Assembly: GCA_965285935.1 (NCBI GenBank)
Contig: CBDIWN010000008.1
Span: 806,001 to 870,000 of the forward strand
Length of the DNA stretch: 64,000 nucleotides
Reading direction: 5' to 3'
Origin: Ophelia neglecta
Taxonomy: Eukaryota
The notes under the pieces were generated by a model. That model was not told the DNA's origin and made no database searches. It saw only the letters and a list, made by a program, of their open reading frames with translations. The position numbers and the translations under genes were made by a program. Below are positions 40,029-53,788 of this stretch, in pieces (within the stretch, counting starts at the first letter, position 1; every line of letters starts with the position of its first letter).

Positions 40029-40274
40029 AGGCATACTGGAAAAGCTGATACGAAATACCAGATACGAGACGCAGATACGAGATGCGAGGTGTTTAAAACG
40101 TATCCATATGGACTAGGTTAGGGTTAGGGTGAAGGGTTAAGTAAGTTATGATTTAGTTAGGTTGCTAGCTTAACCCTACCCCTAACCCTGTCATAACCCA
40201 ACTCTATCTTATTTTTTCGTATCTGTGTATCTCGTATTTCCTTCGTATTTCGTATCAGGTTTTCCAGTATGCCC
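40029..40274. mobile_element. MITE with ~29-bp terminal inverted repeats and inward TTAGGG-like tracts
   Basis: Left ggcatactggaaaagctgatacgaaatac (40030-40058) is the reverse complement of right gtatttcgtatcaggttttccagtatgcc (40245-40273) with 1 mismatch. The flanks ctctttgt / ctctttat look like an 8-bp target-site duplication. No ORF. Confidence 0.85.
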
Positions 40275-40652
40275 CTCTTTATTTATCTCTTAGGCCTGTG
40301 CGGAGGCATGTTACATGTCAAATTGTTCTTATATGGTACAATATTCAAAAGTTATTTAATAAGAATAAACTTCGTGCGCTCCGTGCAAACACATGCCCCA
40401 AATGCTTTACATCAATGTTTATACTAGTATTCATTCTAATATGAATGCGTGTAAATATATGACATCCCTGCAAATAAGGGATTTGAAAGCCACCTTGTCT
40501 GTTTCTTATCGTATCCACGCACATTTATTTAGTTCCAGACGACCGCTCAGGGAACGGTAAGTTAGATTTAATTTAAATTCACAAACTTACTGTATACCAA
40601 CCCATATCAATTCTAGCCAGCTTCGCAATAACACATTCATGGTGATTTGAAA

Positions 40653-43600
40653 ATGGCTCCTCTGATTAATGTGTGCTTGATAGTCAGTTCCACTGTCTTT
40701 CTTACAGCTAGAGTTGTTGGTCAACAAGGTTAGTAAATGTATCTTAACTATAATTATGTGTATTACATTTATACAATCTTGTTGTAGGCAGCGGCATGAT
40801 TTGATATTAAAATGTGTGAAAGTGTGTTTTATTTGAGACACAATGCAAGACGATAATGAATGAGCTACTCTCTTGTCACATATAAAAATAATAAAAGTGT
40901 GAGTTGCCTAACGGTTATATTTTATGTTGAATTTTGGTGATGCATTATCCCTAAATGTATCAGAAATATGTGGCCTGGTCGAAGCCGACGATACATCTTA
41001 AAATCTTAACCAAAATCGTAACACTAACTACAGACCATCCCCTTCGCACCAGTCGAGGTGAATTGTTCTGAATCATTTGCTTGCTCCACAATTTATAATT
41101 CCTGACCTCCAGTACCCTTGCGACTACCCAAAGATCGCTAAGAGTATACCTTCATCACACGCCAAATCTAAATGTATAAATTAAATTGAGAATAAGCGAA
41201 AGGTATAGTTGCGGCCCTCAAGGGTTACACGGGGCAGAAGCCTTCAATAGTGAGAAACGAAGTAGGGAGAGAGGGGGGGGGGGGGAGCAGCTGTCCGGGA
41301 TTTGGCATGGCTAAAGTTTGACCTCCCATAAGCTAGGTATAATATTACCATTATAAAGTAAATGTAATAAAGCGATGTAAAAATATTAGTGACCTCCGCC
41401 AGTAAGGTTATACATATTTCACGGCTTAAAATGGTCTCTTGGTGCAAGAATGAGCTTCGCCAACTTCTAAATCCGTCCATGGAATCTTAGTCAAATGCAT
41501 GACTGATTGTTTGCAAAGTGGTGAATTCTATACGTGAAGTATGTGCATACACGCTACGTGCAAATACCATCACCATCCTATAATACACAGTCAATGATCA
41601 TCGCTTTGTATTGGAAGTAGGTCAACGACTAAATAGCTTAATACTTTGAAAGGCAAACTTGTCAAGCTTCAGTATTCATGACTCCATTTTGTACTGTTCT
41701 AAAGAATATATATCGATGAATATCTGGTCTAGTCTGAAACATTTGTCTCAATCTATTACGCTAATACACAATTACAATGAAGCCGACGGAAAGTTCTTGG
41801 GTGCGGTAAGGCTAGACATACGCGAGCACTGCATTTCTGTCGTGCAAGTGCAAAGGGCAGTGACTCCCGCTTTCGCGCGATGGCTTACTTTCCAGAAGAA
41901 ACAGACTTTAGTGCAAAACCGCTGACCCGTTAAGAGAGTTTTTTAACATCAATTGTAACATTCAAACTGTATATTCTTCTTCAGGTCTATGTAGATTTGG
42001 TCATACTGCGGACTGTGTATTTCCCTGTCTGTGTATCAATGGCTGTAACAAACTTACAGGAGCTTGTTTAAATGGAGGACTGTGTTATTGGGATGATCCT
42101 GCCACCATGCGGAGAACTGGACCAGGGTGTAAAATTGGTAACCTTTCTCATTTTTGTCTATAGTACATAGATCATCTTTGGAAGTATTATACAATCTACT
42201 AAGTAAATTAATTGTATCCCTTAAGTCATTTCTTACAACGCTCACCAAACGAAAAAGGCACCCGGGTCACACTCTAGCTGGCTATAGCTAAACTGTTCAA
42301 AGTGTTCATAAAAACATAATTATTTTCCATTTAGAATTAAGAAATCCATTTTCTATGAACTCCACATCCAATACATATTTCATATATCCAAACCAGGAAA
42401 TATTACCACGTGTGTATATGAAAGTCTTAATGAACAAACACCATTTATGTATTCAGTCTTTTCAATTAAATCTCCAGATAACAATTATCATAATAGTAAA
42501 AATGTAAGCACCCGTTAATACTTCGTTAATACATGATTCGTTCAAAAAGCTAAGACTATCACAAACACCGGTTTATTACCAATGATTAACATACAATCTT
42601 TGCCCTGAAACAGAGAAATTACATAAGCTCATTTAATTTAATTTAAGCTCACGTGAAAAGTGTGCTATTTATATATTAAAACCCGTTATTAACTGTGATG
42701 AATATAGCCAGTAAGTATATTTGACTACCATTCATGTATTCCGTCCTAACCTGGATAGGTTCCCACTTATGAAACAATCAGGAGTTCTGACAAACATAGA
42801 CTTTTAGAAAGCTTTAGTAATATAATAAGTTGTTTCCATACTACACATAGGGATCTTTTTGTATAAAGAAACTTGCAATAACTTCTTTGTCGTGGACGGG
42901 TTCACCATTAGTAAGAAAATAACTATGCTATAACTATGTTTTCTTCTAGTAATTACCTCCCTCGTCATTTTTTATAATATTGTGTTTAGGTAATATAGCA
43001 AAGGGGAAGCCAGCTAATCAAAGTGGTCACTGGAATAAGCTTGTAGCAAGTCTGGCAGTGGATGGTATAGTCAGCACACATATTAGTCAGTGTGCACACC
43101 CTGATGCAGGGTTTGGTAAGAGAGCATGGTGGTACGTAGATCTACAAGATACCTACACAGTGACTAGTGTCACGATCTACAACAGAGGTGATTATCCGGC
43201 GCATGGTAAGTGGACGACTGGAAAACTAACTCTGGTTACTATGCGCACGCAATAGGGTTTGATATATTACATGGACAGAAAACGGGTGTAATGTGTAGTA
43301 TTTTACACAAGAGGGCAGATTTTGTTCACCCGGAGCATCGCATGAAATAATCCAAGAAGTACAATCAGAAAAAAAATAATGTTGTAAGAATTGTTATGAA
43401 CACAATACAAAAATAGAAACAAATAAAATAAATTGAAAGAAGTATTTTTTGGCAACATTACAGGTGTATATTCATTCACTTTTTCGACCATTTCATTTAA
43501 TGAGATTTTATTATATAAATAAGTTGTGTCTCAAATCATACGTCATATATTGTGTAAACATCGCTAATATAACATTAATCTCTGCATTGAAAATGTGCTA

Positions 43601-46600
43601 AAAGACCATCATTTGATTCTTATTTGAACTGTTTAAAGACATGCAAAGTGTAAAACCGCTGACCCGTTAAGAGAGCGTGCTCAAACTTTATACAAATTAA
43701 TCTATAATATGCAACCCACTAATAATAACATATATGAAATTTCAGGTGTTTAGGTTAGTGGTAATATTAAGTTTTATTCGATACTGCCCTTTGCCTCTGC
43801 ATCAGTTTAGATACTGTCATCTGCCATTACTATCAGCACAAATTTTCCATTCTGAACCCCATTCCACTGAGAGCGCCTTGTTCATAGCGCTCGATTCTGC
43901 ACAGATTTAAAGTCACTACTTAGCTCCCGGTAAGGCCTATGTGCCACACCTGGCAGGCAAATTCCAACACTGGACGCACAATTGAGTTATATTCTACCAA
44001 TAAATCCTGAGGTGACAGGACACTTTTTGGGCTGTTTTAAACTGTATGAATGGGGAGAGAAGCTCGGGTCATAATATAAGATAAGTGGGTCTCCAATGGC
44101 AGATCGCTAGAGAGCTATGCTCCCAGCAAATTACAGTGAAAATGTCTATCTTCTATTCTGACATTGTGATATGGGGTTATTTTTGGCCGAGATCACCATT
44201 TCTTTGGTTTTCCTGGCGTTCAATTTTGTTATTTTAGGCCAGTTATTTATTTTCACAGAGCGTACCGGTAATTTTCGCCTTGGAGTTGGTCACCAAACTC
44301 ACGGGGACGTTACAAGTCTCTGTAAATTGTAAACGGGAATCGTTCCTCAGGGAGGAAATGTTACCATACAATGTAACCCGTCTCTTAACGGCAGATACGT
44401 CACCATTATCAGAACGCCCGAGGCCACTGTTGAACCTCAATTCCTTGCTTTGTGTGAGGTGATTGTTCATGGTTATAAACCTATTGGTATGTCAAACCCT
44501 CACATCTCGAATATATAACTTAATAAAAAGTGTGTTTATTTTAAATATTTGCTTCATGCACAAAGAGTAAATTTCGATGAGTAGAATCTACCTTTTGGTT
44601 ATTGTCGCCAATTACGAATTTAAAATTTTATCGGTGGGCTGTTTACATTTGATATTAGATAGATATAAACGCACTACGGAAAATTATATCAACCCTCTAA
44701 ATTTACCTTGTTGTTTGCCTGAAGCTTGCAGTTGCTTTTTAATGCCCACTTGTTATTACAGTGTGTGAGAGTAGCCGTTGTGAGTCGTGCGATCCTTTAA
44801 TTGGCTGCTCTACATGTACCCAGAACTCTAAGTACCCAGAGTGTAAAGGTAGGAGTACCCTGTTAACTTTCATTATATGTTAGACAGTTTGAGGTAGGCT
44901 TACCATGTTAACGTACATTATCTTTTAGACAATATCAAGGTAGGCTTACCGTGTTAACGTTCATTATATGTTAGACAGTGCCATAATAGTAACATCCCGT
45001 ACCATGCTAAATAATAATAAACGTTATAAACTTGAATTATGACAAATGATCTATCTTACAGAATGTGACAAAGACCATTATGGTATCAACTGTAATTACC
45101 AATGTAGTGCGAATTGCCTCTTTGTTCAGGATCCCAACTCTCGGCAATGTTCTCTCTCTGATGGAACTTGTATGAATGGGTGTATTCCAGGCTATTGGGG
45201 AAATACATGTAATAGTGGGTGCAGTACTAACTGCCACCGTATTGATAGCTTAGAAGTCTGTAACCGACACTCTGGTAGTTGTACTCAGGGGTGTAACGCC
45301 CAATACTACAGAGATAAATGTGAGATGAGCTGCAGCAATGGATGTAATGATATCTCGGGCTCCAACATTTGTCACAGAGTATCAGGAGATTGTAACAGCG
45401 GTTGTAAAAGTGGCTATTATGGTACGATGTGTTCCTCAACCTGCAGCGCAAATTGCGTTAATCAGATATGTTCTGTCGATGATGGACGCTGCACTAGTGG
45501 CTGTCTGGAACAATACTTTGGAGACCAGTGTCAGAGCCAATGTAACCATAAATGTCTTGTTGTCACAGGCTCTAACATTTGTCACAGAGATACAGGACAT
45601 TGTAACAAGGGGTGTCAAAATGGTTACTACGGTGATACATGTACCTTACCCTGCAGCGACTACTGTGATGGTATAAATGGAAAACCTATATGTGCCCGAG
45701 ACAACGGAACATGTTCCCGGGGTTGTAAGGATGGCAGGTTCGGTGGATATTGTGGCTCAGAGTGCGGTTCAGGTTGTAAGCCGGTCAACAAGACAGCCTC
45801 TGGGTCTTGTGACCAGTTTAGCGGAATTTGTAACAATGGGTGTAAGGACGGTTTTTATGGCGAATACTGCAATAAAACCTGTAATAATCAGTGTCTCGGT
45901 GAGCATAGTAACCCCGGGTGTGACAGGTATAGCGGGGCGTGCGTCTGTCACAGTGGTTTTTATGGGATAAACTGCGATCAACCATGTAGTAGTCACTGTG
46001 AGGCTGTAGATTACATAATGGCTTGTCATCAATACAGTGGAGCATGTAGTGACGGTTGTCAGCTTGTATCGTACCATACATGGTATACTGGAGATCAGTG
46101 TATCCAACCTATTAGTAAGTGTAATCGGTTTCATTCCACTTATTGCATTATTTAAGAAAAAACATTTATAGAAGAATGTAAAATAATCAATGTTCTACCA
46201 GCAAGGGCCCTTGGCTGATGGTTCCTGATGATTTAACGGTCTATTCTCGATTAATGATTTTGCTTTACTACCGTCTATCTACTCCATTTTTATAATTAAC
46301 GAAAGCACATTAATGAAAACACTATCTACTCCGGTTTTGTTAATTAATGTAAACACTATACAAGAATTTTGTTGTTTCATGCGAACAGAATACGTGGAGT
46401 ATCCTGAGGGAAACACAGTTACCATTACCAAGTTGCAAACTGACAGCGTAACCATTGAATGGCCGCATGTTAAAACTATTCCATTGAATACAGCGGCTGT
46501 CTTTGGCTACAAAATCACTGCGTACAGTACAAATAGGACAAAGGTTGAACCGTTTATGATAGCAATCAGAGAAGATGACATCTTAATGAAATACAACCAA

Positions 46601-49600
46601 ACATTGCCAAATCTGGCTGCCAATTCTACGTATCGGATCACAGTAAACATCTATCGGCAATTGCCTGGGATAAAAGAGGAAGACTCCCGCAAAGCCACGA
46701 CAGTATCAGCTACTACTTTGGCTGCACAGGATCAAGGTAAATAAAACTAAAGTCACATTGAACATATAATTATTTTGTCACAAATATCGAAAATAAGTCA
46801 GGAAAAAGTGGTGTCGTATTTAGTTGCGTCAAACGCATATCTTCTCCTGCAACTTCAATATTTTTATGGCAAGCCAAACTATCAGCCGTGTAAGTTTAAT
46901 TCCCCCTATCAAACTACTTAGATTTTGTTAGAACCTATACTTAGCAATATACTTCTACGTGGAATTTATATATACGCAGATATATTAATGTGCAGTAAAA
47001 CCTTTCAGAGGTATAATGTAATTTATAAGACGATGCTCTATACGTTCACTTCATAAGGAATCAAATGATAACAATATGTTTACAACTAATTGACCAACAT
47101 CAATTTCGCATATCTGTGCAATCATCCAGACCCGAGCGTCAGTGCGAGTGGCCTGCCAGGACTGGTCGGTCCTATTACCGGATCTGTCGTGGCCTTCCTG
47201 CTAATAGCTGTCCTTGTTGTAATTCTTGTTGTAGTTTTTCTCAGGTGTGTACAAATTGAAAAATATTCATCTCGTAGGCCCTACGATTTAGGCACATTAT
47301 TTCACATTATGGTTTTAGTTTGCCACATAATTGACAGCACTTCTTGAAAAGGATTACGCAATAACATCGCCACCAATTCTATAACACAAACAACACATCA
47401 TTTTACTATCGTAGAAGGAAATGGCGCAAGAAATCACAGGACAATGTTGGTTCTAAAATTGATGATATGCCAAGTTATGCGTCTGTTAAAAAACCATCCC
47501 GTAAGTAGCGCACCTTTTTGTATGTAAAATAAAATGTTGCTTAGATACTCTCAGTAAAATGCTATGTATGCTATGGATAGGTTTCAACAAGATGTTTTTC
47601 TTTGTTTTTCCAATGCATAGGACGTGCTAAAGACCTTGTCGACACGCAATTTGTGAAAGAAATATGCAACCCAAGCTTTGAGGGTACCTTAGATGAGGAC
47701 AAGCCCAATACGATATATTACGACTTCCCTGCTACAAAAAAACTTGATGAAGGAACTTGTGTTAAAGGGGGAGACCTTGAAGCTTATATTGGGGCTCGGA
47801 AATACACAAAGGATGGTCTGAGAAAAGAATTTGATGTTAGTAACCTTCTGTTATGATATAATTTTATTTTGAATCGGCGTATAAAATAGCTCGAGTTCAC
47901 TGGCTACTCTGCTCAGTTTTAAACTGAAAACTGTAGGTGTGATAAAACTGTAAGGTAAAGCTACGACATGTTTCCAAAGAAATCAAGTTTCTAGACCATT
48001 ACGAAATACCACTACCTACATTTTATGTACCCCGCTGATAACATATATTGGCATTTGTTGTATACATGTTGACAACCAAATCAGGCGGGATTTGCCGACA
48101 TACAACGTGTTTTATTTTCAATACAAAACGAATCTATCATTGTGATTTCCAATCATTGGAAAACCAACACAGCGTTGATGATATCTCAAATCGGATGTGT
48201 TATTTGAAACCATTGTTACCATCACGAATATAATATATAAAATGTGGGAAATTGTCTTTTATAAGGCCGCACACCAAGCTTTTCGCGATTGACATCTAAT
48301 ACCTAGTCATTTTATACGATAAAGTATTGAACTATTTGTGAAGGAATAACTCTTTGTCTATCTCCCTATTTGTTTATTTGTCTGTTTGATTTAGTCCTAT
48401 CATTATATATTTTAAGATTGATTTAAGCAATGTCGGTTTTTTAAGGACCTGCCTAAAGGAGAACTTAACCCGTGTGACGTGGCCAAGCAGCCAAACAACA
48501 TCCATAGGAATCGATTTAAGAACATCAGAGCCTGTATGTGTTTTTGATTATACCCGTCAACTACCTTTTAAAAGTACTTGTTTGACAATTAAATAGTGAA
48601 AAGAACGTAAAGTGGCAATGTGTGGTGTAAAAAGAGCCAACATGAAAATTTCGTGTGTCATATTTCACTATTCATTTCATGAGTCATTTTTCACTATTCA
48701 TTTCACAAGCCATATTTTACTATACATTTCATATACATTTCGACATTAAATGACCTCGCTTAGTACCACTAGTCATTATATCACTATTTATATTTCTACA
48801 GATGACTATTCTCGAGTGGTTTTGGAGGCTACTGTAGATAACTCGGACTACATCAATGCCAGCTTCATTACGGTAAACACGATTACCGTTATATGGAACA
48901 TGGTTTAAGCTTCCTGTAAAACCCTATCGGTAAAAAGTTATAAATGTTGCGTTTATCGAGAAATACAGCAATAAATAATTATACCCTGCCAATTACACAT
49001 TTTAAATGGATGTTTAAGTGTAAGCACCTTAGTGACATTGAAAATGCCATTTACTGATATTATAACTAGTATCCACAAGTACAGATATTGAGCTAGCCGG
49101 CAATTTATCATGGCTATTTCACATCTGTAGCAGAATATTGTATACATCTTTTTAAGTAACGTCTTCAGGCCTGCAATATTCAGTATAGAGAGAGGAACGA
49201 GTCTAATTAGTATTAATGACAACATTGGTCACGTGATTAACATGTATGGTGTAAACAATCAAGTCTTGCCCTAATCAAGCCATTCATTACTAAATAAAAG
49301 TGATAATGGGGTAGAAATTTGGATATCGACTGTCATTTAAGGATATATAAACTATTTATCTATCCATATAAGTGACATTGCCATTTTTACCAATCTTATG
49401 CTGCAATGCATTTGTAGGGGTTTACATGTACCTTAACTGAGTCACATATGCTTTCCAGAGTGTCTCTGATAGTTTAAATAACGTACATCTCAGGTCATTT
49501 TCAATCGTACAATCAAAATGGTGTATACATTCCAGGGTTATCCTCACAAGACAAACCATTACGTAGCCACACAAGGTAAGTGAATAAAGTTCTGATGCAG

Positions 49601-52600
49601 TTATCAAGCAATTAGATAAGTTGTCACAATTCAGGTTTACAAATTCATTAAGATAAAGATTGAAAAAAGTTATGATAATTAAATATAATTTATAATAACA
49701 TTTTAAAACAATATATTAAGAATAAAAATATTAAAACAAAACCTATGCAACTATTTTTATTTATAATTAGAAAATTAAATACCAACAAAATCAGAATAAT
49801 ATTCCAAACGAGTATCAAACACTACTTTTGAAATTTTTTTTTCCAGGACCGAAGCCTGAAACAGCCTGCGCGTTATGGTCTATGGTCTGGCAGTTACAGT
49901 CAAATCGTATTGTTATGGCAACACGAATTAAAGAACTCACCAAGGTTTGTCAGTGTGAAACAGTATGAATTTTATGATATATTGTATTATTTTGGTATTG
50001 AGGTATGAAATCCCGTTTAAGTGTTTCAACAGAAACATTGACCATTCCAATTCGTTTTATTAATTACAGACAAAGTGTGTACCGTATTGGCCCGAGGAAG
50101 TTGGAGAGAGTGTAACCTATGATGATATTACAGTGACTACCACGGCCTGTGATTCATATGCCGACCATAATCTAACAATCATCAGCATACAAAAAGGGGT
50201 AGGTTTTACCTTTTTACACACTTAACTATATAGGTAATAAGTAAACGAACATACATTGGTTTGTGCGTCAATTTCTCTAGTCTTTCTTTTTTGCCTTCAC
50301 ATTTTTACCTATCTATAATAGCACATGTCACGAAATGTACGACAAATCTACGAAAAGCTATGGCTTGCGTCAACAAAATATGCATACCATCTGTCCAAAA
50401 ATAATCAAAATATTCAATTTAAGCCTTTCTTTAGTTTAGCTTATACATGCAGCCCACCGGATTCCCAATACTCATTCATTAGTTTAGTGCCAACTTACGA
50501 GCGCAGTGCTCAGTAGTAATACACTGTAGCTGGAATATGTTATCATTTGAGATTCTCTAACACATGAATCGTCATATAGTGTGGTCACCTTGTCCAACCT
50601 CCGTTTTTACCTATCAATTCAATATATTGCCACCACTAATTAATATAGAAACAATCAACACAATATATATTTGAAATAAGAAAAATAATGTTTTCCTATT
50701 CTAGAATGAACAAAGGACAGTAAAGCACTTCCAATTCCTTTCCTGGCCAGACAAACAGGCCCCAGAGCACGCATTTCCTCTCTTGGCCTTCAGAAGAAAA
50801 CTGAGATCATTTGACGGGGAGGGAACAGGACCAATCGTCGTCCACTGCAGGTCAAATAACCGATTACAAGCACACACTTAGTTTGATTAAGAACAATTCA
50901 AGGGTATTTATAAAGGTACAACACATTTAAGAATAAATATATATAATTTTCTCTCTAGTGCGGGAATAGGACGCACAGGGACATTGATTGCTCTGGACTA
51001 TCTTCTTGACCAAATGAAAGGAGAAGGAAAGGTAGACATCTTCAAATGTGTGACACAACTCAGAAATGAACGCATGGACATGGTTCAATCCTTGGTAAGA
51101 CTTTTTTGTGATAATAGTCTAGTTGAGAGGATTCTAGGCTTTCACATGAGCCAATGTTACATGTTTCATGTCAGCAACCATGAGTGTAGATCCAATGGCC
51201 ATGTGTTGAAGCAATAAGAATGTTGCTTCTAGAAAGCTTTTCGTTTTTATCTGACTCATTGATTATAGAAAGTCGGCCGTCGACTTCTCAAAAAAAAAAA
51301 TTCTTAATGTAGATAGTAGTAATTCATCTTTTAATTATGATGTTCAGTGTTAAAAATTCGATATCAAATTTTGAACCTAGCTACATATCACTGACTGCTG
51401 TTATCCGGCAATTGGTACCATAAGGTAACTTTTCTCCTACTTTCAGTCACAATATGAATTCATTTACGAGGCACTGCTAGACGCATACCAGCAAGGAGAG
51501 ACCGCCATTCCGTGTAACCTCTATCCTGAGAGGTATACACAACTGATAGACGGAAATGAATATTCCAATGAGGTTCCCATCGAAGAACAGTTCAAGGTGG
51601 GTTTTGTATACATATAATTAAATTCCATTCATTTGCGTTTTTGCTGCAAAATTTCATCATTGATTAATTGACAAAAAATTTCAATACATTAGTATTTGGA
51701 GATTAAATTATTATGCCAATTATGAATAATTGCATTTATTTAATCGTATTTGTATCATTTTCTAAATTTACATTCACATTATTCAATATGATAATGTTTA
51801 ATGTATGAAAAAGTGTAAAAGTAAAATGCAATTTATGTTATCTATAAAAACACTAAAATAACAATTTGGCAAATTTTAAATGTCATCCGGTTGTATTTCC
51901 ATCGTACGATACAATCATGGCATGATTTACAGATCCTCTCCAAAATGAAACAACACAAGAAGTCAGCTGACAAACTTAGTGCTCTGAGTAAGGAAAATAA
52001 GCGGAAGAATCGAGATGCTGATATAGTGCCAGGTACATAGTTATATATAACGGATATACAAATTGATCCTCTATGGAATTGTGTGTTCGTTTGCTGAATC
52101 AAATAAGTCAACGCAACCATCTGTGTACTATTGTTTTCCTCTATAGATAATAAACACAGGTTGTTTCTATCTACGAGATGTTCGGGCACAAATGACTATA
52201 TCAATGCCGTTTTCGTCAACGTATGTACGAGTTTAAGTACATCTCAACCTACATTCAGCTTTTCCACCCTAGCAGTTATCTTCCTTTTAGATTGCTGAAT
52301 AACTATTCATATATGTCTTCGCATTAGTGAGGGTCTCCTTAATGATGATTTCCGGCTGATTAGTGGACAATTCTTAATTCATAATTTCACTGTTTTGAGT
52401 CTTTCGTAAGTACCGAATCAATATAACTAAAAAGCCACTAATAGTTGGAATACTCTTGGTTTCTTCCACTATTTATTAGAGTTATCTGTCGGAGAAGACA
52501 TTTATTGCGACCCAATTGCCATTACCTGATACTATCATTGACTTCTGGCGTTTGGTGTACGAACAAAAGTGCCACACTGTGATTACTGTAGAAACATCGT

Positions 52601-53788
52601 CCCCTGACCCCGAGGTAGATGACCGTGTTTCTTTCAAGACAAGAATGCAATACGAATAGCCAGAAGTTAAGTTATCGAATTTACATATATCTAACTATAT
52701 AAACTGGGTCCATATATATCATCAGGATTGTCCCAAGTACTGGGATTTGGAGAAAGGGGAAGTTAGGCATTTTGGTGACCTTGAGGTGCGCATCGATTCA
52801 AAAGACGAAGATGAGAAAGATGTCATAGAAGAAAGAAAATTCACAGTGTCATTTTCCTCAAGTGTAAGTCTATCAATTTAAAACTCATGGATTACTTGGC
52901 ATATGGCAATTATTAAGCGTCAACAGAAATATATTATTTTTGATTACAACATTATTTTAATTATATCGGTTATATAATAAATTACAGAACCAGCCAGTAA
53001 GAGTCTGCCATATATTGTTCAAACAACGTCCAGATATCCAAAATCTGCCAGTCATGGAGGACACGTTAAATTTGTTAGAACGGATTCAGAAGAGTCAACG
53101 ACAAGCTGAAGTTGGAAACATTGTTATGCAATGCAAGTAAGTTATAAACACATTACCACTGTTTGTAAAAGAACTAACACACACATAAATAAGCCAGCTT
53201 CAACCCTATGTTACATCTTTCTTAAAACTCTTCTGAACTCTCATTGCCTTGTGGTCACGCGTGGTAAGGTGATATGTGATAAAGGAGAGTATTGATCTCT
53301 TTAAAGCAGCCCGAACCCTAATTAACTTATCATTTACTACTTCTGTATTTCTCAGAGATGGAGCTAGTCGAAGTGGAATGATATGTGCGGCACATTATAT
53401 GCTGGAGAAGATGCAGGAAGAGCGCGAGGTGGACGTCTTTCTTGCTGTTAGGGTTGTATCTCTACACAGACAACAATTTGTCAACAATTTGGTAAGTAAT
53501 ATAACTAATCGGTGTATTGCCGGAAGGATTTTCAAGAATTGTTCAAAAGGTTACTTTTCTGTAATTGATAAAATAATTTAAAATTTCAAAAGGTCTGTGT
53601 ATATTCAACAACATTAATTTGCAATGATAGTACACTATTTATACATCTGTTATCTGAATCATGTATATTAAGATATCGCCACAGGTAAGATCCATATTTC
53701 CATTTCTTAACAGGACCAGTATCGTTTCTTACATGGTATTGCAATGGAGTATATTACAAGGAACAAGCTCTATGGAACCTTTAAGTAG
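40653..53788 (+). CDS. Paralog D: receptor-type protein tyrosine phosphatase with F-type lectin / 9 EGF-like units / FN3 ectodomain and tandem PTP domains (~1413 codons; one internal TAA at 44330-44332)
   Basis: 25 exons: 40653-40728, 41985-42137, 42990-43205, 44259-44486, 44762-44848, 45062-46114, 46389-46736, 47130-47244 (TM), 47415-47500, 47621-47835, 48446-48533, 48802-48872, 49536-49575, 49847-49944, 50070-50198, 50705-50850, 50959-51094, 51447-51596, 51933-52032, 52147-52220, 52480-52614, 52726-52863, 52988-53136, 53356-53491, 53714-53788. Total 4242 nt with all intron phases consistent. Confidence 0.9.
44847..44980. repeat. Three ~45-bp tandem copies that include the 5' splice donor
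   Basis: aggtagg..tacc.tgttaac.t.cattat.t.ttagaca at 44847, 44892 and 44938. Confidence 0.8.
48446..51596 (+). CDS. PTP domain D1 of paralog D (catalytic motifs intact)
   Basis: Spliced motifs in canonical order: [75 protein letters not shown]. Confidence 0.95.
51933..53788 (+). CDS. PTP domain D2 of paralog D (probably a pseudophosphatase)
   Basis: [42 protein letters not shown]; WPD loop reads RPD; P-loop VMQCKDGASRSG; Q-loop reads FVNNLDQY; TAG at 53786-53788. Confidence 0.9.

Noticed and set aside
40110-40195. TTAGGG-like repeats as an interstitial telomere
   Set aside because: The tracts are short, degenerate and symmetric inside the MITE, which explains them.
40653-53788. Assigning a vertebrate gene symbol (PTPRA/E/K, MEGF10, SCARF1) to these genes
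   Set aside because: The domain architecture differs from all of them, and orthology cannot be shown without a phylogeny.
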